In this document: positions 22,550-35,100 of the stretch, in pieces | Position numbering within the stretch: the stretch's first letter is position 1 | Layout of the letters: each line of letters begins with the position of its first letter | Notes under the pieces: generated by a model | Told to the model about the DNA's origin: nothing | The model's input: only the letters and a program-made list of their open reading frames with translations | Database searches by the model: none | Made by a program: the position numbers and the translations under genes | Source: Chiloscyllium plagiosum | Taxonomy: Eukaryota | Length of the DNA stretch: 47,176 bases | NCBI RefSeq assembly: GCF_004010195.1 | Contig: NW_025214756.1 | Span: 2,976-50,151 of the forward strand | Direction of reading: 5' to 3'

Positions 22550-23190
22550 AACAGGCATAATGGCAGAATACATAAACATAGTGGCCACAAGAGTAGGTCA
22601 GAGACTAGGAATACTGTGGCGAGTAACTCACCTCCTGACTCATCAAAGCCTGATCACCATCTACAAATCACAAGTCAGGAGTGTGATGGAATACTCCCCA
22701 TTTGTTTGCGTAGTCTAATTTCAACAACACTCAAGAAGCTGGACACTATCCAGGACAAAGCAGCCCACTTGATTGGCATCACATCCACAACCACCCAATC
22801 CCTCCACCACCGACACTCAGTAGCAGTAGTGTGTACTATCCACAAAATTGACTGAAGAAATTTACCAAAGATCCTTGGACAACATCTTTCATACTCACAT
22901 CTACTTTCATCTAGAAAGACAAGGGCAGCAGATACATGGCACCCCCATCACCTGCAAGTTCCTCTTCAAGCTAGTCACCATCCTTACATGGAAATGTATC
23001 ACCGTTTCTTCATTGTCACTGGGTGAAAATCCTGGAATTCCCTCCCTAATGGCATTGTGGGTCAACCAACACTGCAGTGGTTCAAGAAGGCAGCTCACCA
23101 CCATCTTCTCAAAGGTAACTAGGGACGGGCAATAATTGCTGGCCAGTCAGCGAAGCTCACATCACACGAGTGGATATAAAAAAAAAACAG
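22550..23190 (+). mobile_element. LINE 3' fragment (CR1/L2 superfamily) with A-rich tail
   Basis: VATRVGQRLGILWRVTHLLT..TIYKSQVRSVMEYSP..KKLDTIQDKAAHLI..SLHHRHSVA, then 3' UTR and poly(A). Confidence 0.85.
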
Positions 23191-23274
23191 GCTGAAAGGA
23201 CTCAATAACCTGCTCCTCTTTACATTTGTGTGTGCAAATGAATCTTGCATTTAACAATATTTAATCACAGATTG

Positions 23275-24500
23275 TAGATTGATACAATACAGAAGAAGGC
23301 TATTGAACCTTTTGTAATGAGCTATCTCTCCCATTTCTTTCCTTTTTCAAGTATCTATCCAATTCACCATTTTAGACAGTGTGTCCAAATTCATAACTTT
23401 GTTTCCTCTAGCTGTTTTGTCAATTCACTTTATTTTGTGTATTTTAGTTAATGATTTTCTGCATCCTTGACAATCTTTACTTATTCAAGCCCATTGAAGA
23501 TTTTGAATAGGCATATCAAATTTTCCTTTAAGTTTCTCTGGGAGAGAAGAGAGAACACCTATAGTTTCTCTAGTCTCTTCATATAACTAAAGTTTTGAAC
23601 AAATTTAACAAAGCTCCAATGCATCCTCTCTCAGGCCTTTGTAAAATGCAAACACCATACTATAGCTGGGCCGAACCAGTATTATTAAAAGGTGCTGTAT
23701 GACATGCTTACTTTGGTATACTGCGATAAAGTCAAGGATCCTGCATTATAATAGCCTTTTCAACTCTGCCATTTTCCAAGATTTATACATGTACACTCTT
23801 GGGTCTCTGTGTTCCTCTACAGTCTTTAAATTGTACCGATTAGTCTATATAACCACTTCCTACCAAAATGAATCTTTCCACACTTCGCTGCATTAACTTT
23901 CATGTGTAGTGTAACTGCTTATTTTGGCAAACTCTTTACTTCTTAATATATTTCAGACCTTTGTCTCATCTGCAAACTTTTAAATTATGCAATGTATACG
24001 CAAGGACAGGTCATTAATACATGTCTAAACGATGAGTCAAACAACACCAATTGTGGTAAACACAAGTGCACTCTCATTCCAAGGTGAAAAGTAAACATTC
24101 ATAATTTCTTTCTACTTTCTGTCCTGTAGCCAATTTCGTCTCCCACACAGCCATTGTCCTTTTAAGCTGTAATCTAGCCAGCAAGATTAGTGTGGTGCTT
24201 CATCAAATACATTTTGATGGAACATATATGCAATATCATCCATACGAGTCTCAACCATTTTCTCCACCATTTTGTCAAAGAACTGATTCAAATATTGAAA
24301 ATCCAGGATGGCGTTCATTTACTTACCCATATTTTTTCAAGTTCCAATTCATTTTGTGAGAGATTAATGTCTCACCAATTTTCCACAATGCTGACTATGG
24401 GCAGATTTGACTTGAACTTTTAACTATATCCCTTGCTCCTTTGTAGAATAGGATCACAACATTTGCAATCCCCAAGTCCTCTGGCGACACTCCCATTTCT
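23275..24500 (-). mobile_element. Old degraded CR1-type LINE
   Basis: tcatctgcaaac (FADD on the minus strand) at ~23966 and a decayed 3' UTR. Confidence 0.6.
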
Positions 24501-25074
24501 AAATTGGATGCAGGCACTATAAGTATACAGTAACTTAACTGTATCCTAGTCACAGTCAGTGGTCTCTCTGTGGGTGTTATTTGCAGACAGATATTCTGGC
24601 TGTCTATGAATTTATAAATACATAAAACAAATGCAGGAGATCTTTACATGAAAGAAGGCTCCCATGGATGGTGTCATATGTGGTTGGAAAGGTATAAATG
24701 TACAACTATCTTCTCTTGATTAATTGCTTTAAGTTTTTATCCCAAAAGGGAGACAGGTTTGGAGCTGGACGTGCCAGGTACTTTCTAGTTCTTGGCATCA
24801 GATTCCAAGAGGTGACAGATTTTGCCACTGGTGTAAGATGCAAATGTGTTTGACTTGCTGAGATCAATGCATGGGCCTCTGTACATAAAAGAGGGAACCT
24901 CAGGCAACAGTGATTGCAGGATAGTGCTCTTGCACTTGTCCAAGTGGCCAGGTAAATGGCGACGCAATGGCTTTCTGTCCTCAAACCTCCGAGCTGAAGG
25001 AACATTAAGGGGAAGCAAATACACTAGCCTAAAAAGATCAGGATGTTAACATGTTTTAAAGAAAACAAAAAAAA

Positions 25075-25195
25075 AATTGCAGGTACTGGAGATCTGAAGC
25101 AAAACAGGAAGTGCTGGAAATACTCAGCAGGTCAGGTGACATCTGTGGAGAGAGCAGTTGAGTTTATTTTTCAGGTTCATGCACTTTCTTAAGAA
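25075..25195 (-). mobile_element. Penelope-like remnant
   Basis: gtgctggaaatactcagcaggtcagg..catctgtggagaga, same family as 21690-21786. Confidence 0.6.
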
Positions 25196-25389
25196 TTTGG
25201 AAAATCTAAAAATGTAATAGAGCTTAAGTACTGGGATGAGTAGAATATCTTCAAGTTAGGAATTCCTGGATGAGAAAAGGTGGTGAATTAAACAGTAATA
25301 TGAAAACAAATTACTGCAATTATTTGATATTGATATTAATGTATCTCTACTCATATTTGCTGAATAAGACTTTATTCTACTCTAATGTA

Positions 25390-26815
25390 TGATGTGTATA
25401 TTTCTAGAAAGAAGACCATTTGTTGCTCATCACTAATTGTTCTTGAGAAGGTGAAGGTGATGGTAAGCCACCTTCTTAAACCATGGCAATCCATGTGCTG
25501 GTTTTCCATAGTGCTACCAGGGAGGGAATTCCAGGATTTTGATACCAAGACAGTGAAAGGAAGGGTTACGTAAATGACTTGGATAAAGGGACAAACAGAA
25601 TGGTCACTAAGTTTGATGATCATACAAATATAGGTAGAAATAAACATTGTGATGAGTTAACAAGGAGGCTACAAAGGCTGATAAATGGATCAAGTGAGTG
25701 AGTAAAGATCTGACAAACAGAGCATAATGTGTTAAAAAGTGAATTGTTATTCTTGCTGGAATAATTTCTTTTTTACAAAGCTCATTATTTCAAAGGACAG
25801 AATTTGCAGAGCTCTGAGATGCAGAATAATTTGGGTATCCCAGTGCGTGAATCTTGATGAACAAAGAGGTCAAAGGTTATCATGGAAAGAAACATAGAAA
25901 ATATCATGAGTTGGCTTTTTTTCCCATTGAGTTTGCTCCATCATTAAACAAGATCACTGCTGATCCTCTATTTCAACACTGTGTATCCACCTCTCCCCAC
26001 ACTACTTAATTTTTTCTTAAATATGTTCAGTGTCTCCATAGCCTTCTGTGGAGGAGAAAAGGGAGAACACTGAAGAGGTTCAACTTCTGAATGAAGAAAT
26101 CTCTCCTGATCTCACTTGGAAATGGCTTACCTCTACACTGAGACTGTGACCCTTTGTCCTGGATCCACTTCCTGGGAAAACATCATCCCTGCATCCAAGT
26201 CTGTCCAGCTCTGTCACAGCTTTCAATGAGATCCCCTCTTAGTCTTTTAAACTCCAATGAATACAGATCCAGTCAACCCAATCTTTCATCATATGACAAA
26301 CCTACCATCCCAGGAATCAGTCTGGTGAACCTCTGCTGCTGCTTTCTCTCTCTCTCTCTATGGGCTATACATATTCTCTTAGGTAAGGAGGCCAAAACTG
26401 CCTCCAAGTGTGATCCAACTAGGTCTTACACAGCTGTAGTAAGACTTAATTCCTCCTCTACTCAAACCCTCTTGCAATGAAGACCAACATACTACTTGCT
26501 GCACTAGCATGGTAATAAGTGGATTGTAGAGTAATCAGACTAGCCATGATTTTATTGAATGGCAGAGCAGACTTGAGGGCCGAATGGCTACTCCTGCTTC
26601 TAATTTGCATGAGATAGTTCCACATTCGAATGGTGCGTGTCTTGGAGTTGCTGGTGTTCCCATGCGTCTGCTGCTGTCTTCACCCTTCTAGATCGAAAGG
26701 TGCTGTCCAAGGAGCCTGGCTGAATTACTGCCACTGTGCGTTGGTGGTGAAGGGGGTGAATGTTGAAGGTGGTGGATGGCGTGCCAAACAAGTCATAGTC
26801 TGCTTTGTGCAATGA
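25390..26815. mobile_element. Mosaic of LINE fragments in both orientations
   Basis: Reverse copies of the 22550-23190 tail (25390-25560 and 26620-26815), a + strand KFDDHT (FADDT-like) fragment at ~25610, and a minus-strand CR1 3' end at 25890-26490. Confidence 0.65.
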
Positions 26816-27079
26816 ACACTTCAGCATTTGTTGTGAAACCAAAACAGAACCGGCTGGAGAAACTGGAAGGCATCGGCGGGAACAGAAAGAGATAACGCTT
26901 TGAGTCCAGTGGCATTTTTTTAAGAATGGATGGATCTGAAATAAAATCGAAAATGCTGGGAAGACTCGACAGGCCTTGCAGCATCTGCAGAGAGATAGAG
27001 CGAGCGAAAGAGTGTAGCAAGTCAGGTCAATGACCTTTGATGGAAGCGAGCAGCAAATTCATGAATGAGACTGTCTTTC

Positions 27080-27290
27080 AATGAGCGATTTCACTCGGGC
27101 GCCCGCTGCCTCCTTGCTCTTTGTCATTGGTCAGCTCGCGCCTTCCTCGGCTCACCATAGGCCGGAGCGGCGGCCGGGGGCAGCGCCCCCTTCGATTGTC
27201 TCTGATTGGTGGAGAACCGGCAGCCATGCCCCGCCCATTTCTGGTCGGGAGCTGACGTCAATGCGGCAGCAGCCGAGTGCAGGCGCTGGA
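27080..27290 (+). promoter_or_regulatory. CAMK1: CpG-rich TATA-less promoter of CAMK1
   Basis: Local CpG enrichment; reverse CCAAT boxes (ATTGG 27126-27130 and 27205-27209), GC box GCCCCGCCC 27228-27236, and full palindromic CRE TGACGTCA 27253-27260, directly upstream of a strong donor site. Confidence 0.85.
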
Positions 27291-27418
27291 TAGAGCGAGT
27301 GCTCTGAGGACTACCCCCTTAGATACAGAGCTGGGCTCCACACGCAGAGGGGATCTGGGCACACAGAGGAATCAGGCTGCAAGCTTTCACACCGTGCACC
27401 ATATACTCACAACTTGAG
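27285..27418 (+). other. CAMK1: Non-coding exon 1 (5' UTR) of CAMK1; 5' end approximate
   Basis: Ends in the consensus donor GAG|GTAAGC (GT at 27419-27420), contains no ATG, and is followed by a 314-nt intron to the acceptor at 27731-27732. Confidence 0.7.
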
Positions 27419-27772
27419 GTAAGCGACACTTTGTTTGGGGTTATGATTTTATTGGATGAGCATGGCTGCTGTCTGCTAGTATTCTTGACGTTTTTTTTTA
27501 AATCTGCTTCGTCTGTTTAAAAAGAATGATCATATTCGTGTGTGTATCTCTGAAAGCAAGCCTGGACCTGTCAAGTGTTTTTTTTTCCTGTATTGCTTGA
27601 AGCTTTGGTCATTGAAACCTAGACTTGATCTATTGCTGAACCGCTGTTGCTGCTTTTGATTCGGATTTTTTTTCTAATGCAAAGTATATCTAATATGATT
27701 CTCCTCCTCCTCCCTCCTCCCTGTTTGTACAGTGAAAGGAGCTGCATTCTCTCTGAAAAGATATAGGAGAGG

Positions 27773-27855
27773 ATGCCTTTAGGAGAGATGGACAAAGCAT
27801 GGAAAAAGAAAGAGGAAATTAAAGTGGCGTACGAGTTCAAAGAAGTCCTGGGAAC
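27773..27855 (+). CDS. CAMK1: First coding exon (exon 27733-27855) of calcium/calmodulin-dependent protein kinase I
   Basis: Pyrimidine tract ..ctccctgtttgtacAG, in-frame TAG 9 nt upstream of the ATG, translation MPLGEMDKAWKKKEEIKVAYEFKEVLG(T), donor AC|GTGAGT. Matches the CaMKI N-terminus up to the start of the glycine-rich loop (LGT|GAFSEV), and from memory is closer to CAMK1 than to CAMK1D, CAMK1G or PNCK. Confidence 0.85.
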
Positions 27856-28689
27856 GTGAGTACAATATTTTCTTGCCTTTGGGAATTGATACTCGTTGGC
27901 GGAGATTAGGGCACCAAACCGGGGTCTGAATTGATTCCCAAAATGGCATTCCTAAAAAAAACATATTCTGGCAGCCTGAAAGCTTGCCATTTCTTTCGGT
28001 GGTGAACGACTTAAACCGCAAGGAGGTATCCGCGAAAGTAACAGCATGTGGTAACTAAGCCTTCCCCGATCTGCGCCCGTCTACCTCCTAAATGTCCGGA
28101 CATGAGGACTATGCATTGCTACATTTTGAGTGAGAAATTTGCAGCGGGTTACTTCAGGAGGTTTTCATAGCCGTCTGTTGTGGATTAGTGTTTTCCAAAA
28201 CTTTCGGGTGTATCGCCAGAATGAGAAAATCGGAGCTTTCATTGTTTGTGATCTTTGACTGCATAATCCATCTTTTGATTGGCAATACATTGACTTGTTG
28301 CTTCCTCCTGTCGTACTCTCTTATGATCCTTCCCAGCCTCTTGCCATGAATGCGCAACCTAAGACCTGTTTTCATAATCTCTTCACTGTTCCTTGCGTGT
28401 AATCCTGGGTAGTTAGTATTAAACTTTGCTCTATTTGACATTCTAACAGAATTTGATCCCAACCAGCACATACACTATGCACGCCTAATGGGTCGTAATC
28501 AGCATAGGAAATTAAGCACGAGGACGCAGAAGACATGTCTAGCACTGCTGTAGTTGAGGCTGGGTGAACTTGGTATCTGCGTCAGTACGCTTAGCCACCG
28601 AAGGGTTGCAACTTGGCAAAATGCATCAGATTGTTACATCTTTGATTATATTCTGAATCATTTGTATTGGATATTGGCTCTGGGCACCT

Positions 28690-29820
28690 CATTCTAGAGC
28701 TGGGATTGGATGTCTTTGGCCTACATTATTTGTTGCCTCCCAAGTCAATGTTAATCTTTCCAACAGCTCCATGTGTGAATGCCTTCACAGCCCTTACACA
28801 GCCCTTAACGGAGTCACAATGGGATCATGACAAATTATCCCTCCTCATTCCTCTCTACTTCGCTGCAGCCTTTTTGATCTAAAGAGCCTCCTCTAATACC
28901 TCTGTATGGGTGGGATTGACCTCATAGATGATCATCATCAACAGTGGCTTCTGTTCACATTCCTGCCTGGTCATCCCACACTCTGGAATTGATTCTTGGC
29001 CCTTTCTTATTTTGCATCCACTTACTGCTCATGTACAAATGCTGTGTCAGCTTCCACATGCAAGCTGCTGACACCTAGCTTCACCTCCCCACTACCAAAC
29101 TTGCTTTTCAAGTCCTTTGATTTGCTACTTTGCTTGTCAGATTTCCAGCATTGGATAAGCAAGGCGTTTCTCTTATCAAATGTAATGAAAAAGAAGGCCA
29201 GTGTTTGTGGATCCCACCACAAACTCCATTCAGTCTTTTCACCCTCTTCCTGGCCACTGTGGCTGAACCAGATTTTTCACAGCTTTGGTATCCTATTGGT
29301 TCTGAGATGAGCCTTCTATTTCAATGTACCTACCAACACCAAATCTGCCTACTTCATCTTCATGAACATTGTCCATCCATACTCCTACCTTGACTTGTCA
29401 GCTTAAACCCTCATCCATGTTCTATTTATATTTAGACTTGATTCATCCACACCTGTCCTGGGGTTGAGCTCCCACTTTGCATCCTCTTGTGAGTTTGAGT
29501 TCATCCAAAACTCTGCTCTTGCCCTACTCATACTGAGTCCTGTTCATTCATCATTTCTCGCTGCTTGCTGATCTACCTTCATTCTCAGTCCAGTAAATAC
29601 TTGTTTTCAAACCCCTTCCGTGCTGTGTGAGCTCTACCTTCTTCCAGTTCTGGCCTATTTTGCAGAACTGGTGTTCAGCGCTCCACCACTGACTGCTGTG
29701 CCTTTCATGATCTGAAATTCCCACCCTAACCTTTATATTGCTTTCCTTCCTTTGGACAGTCCTTAAAGCCAACCTCATTCATCAAACTTTTGGTCTCCTG
29801 GCCTAATATCTCTGCTTGTG
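28690..29820 (+). mobile_element. Old L2-like LINE remnant
   Basis: C-rich + strand and decayed tail ccttaaagccaacctcattcatcaaacttttggtc. Confidence 0.5.
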
Positions 29821-32627
29821 AAGTATTTATAAATAAAAATTGCTGTTGTTGTCTTGCTTTTGGAAGGACATACAGAAATGTTGGTTGAATGGCATAAACA
29901 TTAAAATCCAGGAGATTGTAAAATACTTAACTATAGAAAGAATATGTCAAGATTAGTGACATCGTAATGTCAAGTTGAGTAATTATTGTTGAGTGTGACT
30001 TGCTTTTGTGTGGGCATTGTCAAAAGAAAATGAAACCAGTTTGAGAATTATTCTGATTGGTTGAAACAAGCCAACCTATCAATTAATTAATTTTGTTTAT
30101 TTGCTATGCCTTGAAAGGATTGTTTTTCCCGTTGCCAGGTTTTGTTGTACTTGGCTGCATCTAATTATTTGCTTTTTGCCTGTCATGTTGCATCCACCCT
30201 AGCAATTTTTAAAGTTCGTAAGAAATTTACAAAGTGAAATCAGTCCCATGCTCCAGGGTAGGCTGGTTTCTGGAACAAGCTTCTTTGTCTAACAGATTTT
30301 CTGATCCACCACAACAAGTATATTCTATGAGTAACAGCAATTCCAGTTTTATTCCAAGAGTCAGTCAGACATCAGAAGAACTGATTTACCATTGCACAAT
30401 ATTCTTTTCTATTTAAATTAAAATTAAAATGCTGGACCAGCAAAATGGTGAAATAAACAGAGAGACATATGGAGCTTGTTTAGAAAAATACTCTTTTCAA
30501 ATAAAGTTTCATGATTTATTTTGAACTCTTTTGCATCTTTGAAGATACTTTGATGGTTCTTATTTCAATATGCATTCAAGCAATACGACGGAGTTTGGAC
30601 ATACATTTCATGTGGTGGAATGACTGTGCTTGATCATTTAGAACTGTTATTAACATTGACATTTTTTAAGATCAAGCAATGTTATTTCCCTCAGAATGAA
30701 GTTTTTGCTTAAAAACAAACGAGTTAGAAATATTTTCTCATGAATAAAATGGTGTTTTTTTTGCCCTGTACTTGAAAATTGCTTTTCTACTGTTCTATAA
30801 TCTACTGTACTCTTAATGTGGCATCTGTAAGTATTTAATTTGTTAAAAATACAAGCTATGTGATATATAAACAGCATCCCATCTCAGATATGTTTGAGAC
30901 AAACTTGTCAGCAATTTTAGTTGAATCATTTTTTTAGATTTTCAGTTAAACTGAAAATCCTAGTATGCATGAAAAAAGCTAGATTTAAATCTCATCAAAA
31001 AATTTTAAAAGTTTTTAAGAATAACAGACATCATTTGTGTTTTATTTTTAAACTGGCTTCTCTCGTTGGACCTAAGTTGATGGCAATGACATGTAAATGG
31101 ACAGCATAGCTTAAATTAAAATTAACCGATGCAAAAAACCCACATGCCAACATGATTAAAGATTATATGTTACTTACATGTTGACTTGTATGCTTTTTTT
31201 TATATACAGTTGCAGACATTTGCTTGGGAAACTTTCCTTGCCAGCTACAAATGAAAATCTGGAGCTAAAAAAGAATGTTTTCAGAAACTTAATTCTCACT
31301 GGGAATGTTTATTTGGATTGATTGTTAAATGTGAAGGACTGCTAAGTCTATTAATAGATTCTTCTTGCCTGTATCCAGTGCCAAATGGTTCCAAAATTCC
31401 TTTTATTTCGATAATATCTTTTTTTAAAACAAAAGAGAACTTTTCACTTAATTAGTCTTAGTTATATTGTTGAGTCTGTAACTTAAAAAGGACAATCCCT
31501 CCCTTCCTCATTTTCTCCCTATCAGGCTTGTTTTATCTCAAAATGGACCACATGGGATCATTTTTAAATCCAGTCTGTAGTAGACAGTATAGTCCAAAAG
31601 AGAATCAAATATTTATTCAGTTAGGGTATTTAATAATTTTTAAGGACTGTTTTCTTTTCCTCTTGTATGGGTCTTGCTGAGGTTACGCACCCAGACCCTG
31701 CCTATGAATGCTATGCCTCCAAAGTTTTGGCATCATTGCTCTTTACTTAGCTGCCAGAAGGTATTTGGGAAAAGAACACAATAAGTCTTTCTCTCTCTCT
31801 CTCACTCTCTTGCTCTCTGTCCGTTTACTCTTCCCTCCTTCCGGGTACGTTGATCAGGTAGTCAGGTTCTCCCTTGTCCCTGACCAAAGATGGCTGAGAG
31901 CAGGAACTCACTGAAACGGGCAACTAAATCTTTCCTATTCTCTTCCGTGCAATTCAGAATTGGTACACCACCCTGACAGCTTTGAATAATCATATGCATA
32001 TGGAATAATAAACTTGCCTGCACTTTGATCAATATTTTAGTGATAAATCTCTGTCATGATCATTGCTAAGGCTTCTGAACTTTGATCTAATTTCCTGTGC
32101 ATATGCAAGAATCATAAACCAAGTACTACGACGGGAAATTCGCTTAAAATAAAATCACACGAATGGTACTATTAAAACTGAAAGCGATTCTTACAATGTC
32201 ATGCAATCTGCGTTTCTCCTGAGCTGACCAGAAAATCATTGTCAACATATATTTCTCTTAATCCAAGGATCTTGATTACAATTTATTTGAAACTCACACC
32301 ATTTTGACACATAAGTTGTTTTCATTACAAAATTCCAACAAACAGTTCTCTGCTTTCTATGACAATGTATTTTAATATCTTTTATATAGATTTGATGGAG
32401 CTTTGTGTAATGGGAGTCTGATTGATCTACAACTCGCTTCTATGTTCTATAGACAACGCTAAGGGGCATGATGCTTGTTATTGGTTCATACATTCAGTTT
32501 ATTTCCCAGTGCTGTCTTGCATGCCACTGTCAGCCATCAGTTACATCTGTCATAACTTGAGAAAGCTTAAGAGCATTAGGTTATTTCTATATTTCTGTTA
32601 CATTTGTTTCATAAATCTTTAAAGGAA

Positions 32628-32830
32628 GATCTGCATTTATGCACCCCCTTTCACAATGTCAAGATGTTTTAAAGTGCTTTACAGCAATGAACTAACTCTG
32701 AAGTTCAATCACTATTATAAGTAGAAAACATGGCGACCAATTTTTTCATAGCAAGCTCTGACAGATTACATGGTGATAATGACCAGATAATTTGTTCTCA
32801 ATTGTTCTCAAGATGTAAGTATTGACCAGG
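32628..32830 (-). mobile_element. DeuSINE (SacSINE1/AmnSINE-related) fragment
   Basis: tgcatttat..aaagtgctttacagc..gcaagctc..gtgataatgaccagataa..tattgaccagg, the reverse complement of the Deu domain and tail. Confidence 0.65.
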
Positions 32831-33150
32831 TCTCCTATGTAACTTATGCAATACATTGTATGTATTGTACATCAGTTGCTAAAGTCCTGTGCAGTCCAGT
32901 AGCAGGGGATCTCTCTCTTAATGTCATACCATGTCCCATTTAAATGATAGGGTAAATTGCTTCTTATCTACACTTTGCTGTCACCCAAGGCAGTATTGCG
33001 TTTCAGACTGAAAATAAGATGGTGGCATAGTCAGTTCAAATTCGGGCTTTGCAATTCCACTTGTTTTTATCAGCTTACAGTTTCACGAGTTTACTGACAC
33101 TCTCTTCACTCAGAACCTTTTTTTGAGGTGTTGGTGGGATTGAAAAAATG

Positions 33151-33246
33151 TTAAGATTAGAGTGGTGCTGGAAATGCACAGCAGGTCAGGCAGCATCCAA
33201 GGAGCAGGAAAATCGATGTTTCGGGCAGGAGCCCTCCATCAGGAAG
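33151..33246 (-). mobile_element. Penelope-like pseudo-LTR with near-complete minimal hammerhead core
   Basis: Minus strand ttc-CTGATGG-a-GGGC-tcct-GCCC-GAAACATC-gattttcctgctcc..gatgctgcctgacctgctg. Confidence 0.75.
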
Positions 33247-33311
33247 GAAAAAAGTTACTTGATTCAGAATAACTGGTGGGTTCCACCATGGTGATCAGAT
33301 TTTGAAGGAGT

Positions 33312-34310
33312 AAGACCATAAGACATAGGAGCAGAAATTAGGCTATTCAGCCCATCAACTAGATGAAAATAAGGACAACAGATGCTGGAGATCAGAGTCT
33401 AGGTTTGAGTGGTGCCTACTCCATGAAGGCTCCCTGCCTCATTCCTGATGAAGGGCTTGCTGCCTGACCTGTTATGATTTTCTAGCACCACTCTAATCTA
33501 GACCCTATTCAGCCCATCAGGTCTGCTTCACCATTCAATCTTGTTAAGTTTCTCAACTCCATTCTTCCACTTTTTCCCCTTAACCTTTGATCCCCTTGAT
33601 ACTCAAGACCATATCTATCTCAGTCTTAAACATACTCAATGCTCTGGCCTCCACAGCCATCTGTGGCATGAATTCCATATATTCACCACTCTCTGGCTGA
33701 AGAACTTTCTCCTTACCTCTGTTCTAAAAGATCTTCCCTTTACTCTAAAGCTGTGGTCTCAAGCCCTAGTCTCTTCCCAATCTCTACTGTGTCCAGGCCA
33801 TTTCAGTATTCTGTATGTTTCAATTAGAACCCCTCTAAACCTTCTAAACACTTGAGTATGAACCTAGAGTCCTCCAATGTTCCTCACATGTTAAGCTTTT
33901 CATTCCTGGGACCATTCTCGTGAACCTCCTCTGAGCATGCTCCATCCTTCATGAATATGGGGCCCAGAACTGTGTACAATATACCAAATGTGGTCTGACC
34001 AGAGTCTGAGAAGTACACCCCTGTTTTTATATTCAAGTCCTTTCAAAATAAATGCCAACATTGCATTTGGCCTTCTAACTTCTGACTCACCTACAAGTTT
34101 ACCTTGAGAGAATCCTGGACTAGAACTCCCAAATTTCTCTGCACTTCGGATTCTGAATTTTCTCCCCATTTACAAAATAGTCCATGCCTCTATTCTTCCT
34201 ACTAAAGTGCATGAACTCACACTTGCCCATGTTGTACTCCATCTTTGACCACTTTCCTAACCTGTCCAAATTCTTCTGCAGCCACCCTGCCTCCTCAATA
34301 TTACTGTCAA
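33312..34310 (-). mobile_element. CR1-type LINE 3' fragment
   Basis: agaccataagacataggagcagaa tail; NAMLAFILKGLEYKNRGVLLRL motif. Confidence 0.85.
33358..33504. mobile_element. Penelope-like insertion with inverted 5' arm
   Basis: Flanked by the 15-bp direct repeat CTATTCAGCCCATCA (33343-33357 and 33505-33519). Contains cctgatgaagggc and arms tctaggtttgagtggtgc / gcaccactctaatctaga in inverted orientation. Confidence 0.75.
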
Positions 34311-34379
34311 TAGAATACTGTAAAATATTGAATGGCCTGGACAGAGTGGATGTTGAGCAGATATTTCCACACTTTTTCC

Positions 34380-35100
34380 CACCTTATTTTGCATCTGTCA
34401 AATTTTTGCCCACACTCACTTAACCTATCAGTGTCCATTTGCAAACTCTTTGTCCTCCTTGCAACCTGCCTTCCAAATTATCTTTCTATCACCAGAGAAT
34501 TTGGCCGCAATACAGGGTTATTTTGTCCAAGTGACTGAGACAGTTGTAAATATTTGAGGCTGAAGCACTGATTCCTGTGACAGCCTGCTAGTGACAGGTT
34601 GCCAACCTGAAAATGTCTTTTTGACCCTGATGTTTCTGTTTCCTGTTACATTGGGCATTCATGTATCCATGCTCATTTGTCATCCTCAAAACTCCGGGGT
34701 CTTGTGTAGTAATCTTTGATGAGATTCCTTAATGAATGCCTTTTGGAATTCCAAATACATTATTTTAAATTCACTTGTTCTCCTTTTTCCATACTGCTTG
34801 TTAAATCCATAGAGAACTCTAATACATTTGTCAAGCACCTTGTTTCCCCTTTCAAGGTAAATATGTTGTCTGCCTTGCATTATAATTTTCTGAATGTTCA
34901 GCTAATATTCCTTAATAGTAAAATGCTGCATTTTCCCAATAATGTGTTACGCGAATTGGCCTATGAATTCCTGCTTACTATCTCCCTACTTTCTTGAGTA
35001 GACATTTGTGGTTTTCCAATTCACTGGGACCTTTCCAAACTCCTGCTAATTTTGGAAGATCACAACCAATGAATCCATCAGCTCTCCAGCTAACTTCTCA
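34380..35100 (-). mobile_element. Old CR1-type LINE RT fragment
   Basis: IMYLEFQKAF.KESHQRLLHK resembles the RT motif YLDFQKAFDKVPH.RL..K. Confidence 0.75.

Noticed and set aside
27779..28471. Minus-strand ORFs of 80 and 105 aa near the CpG island (possible viral insert or antisense gene)
   Set aside because: No recognisable motifs; they overlap the real CAMK1 exon and intron start and are of chance length.
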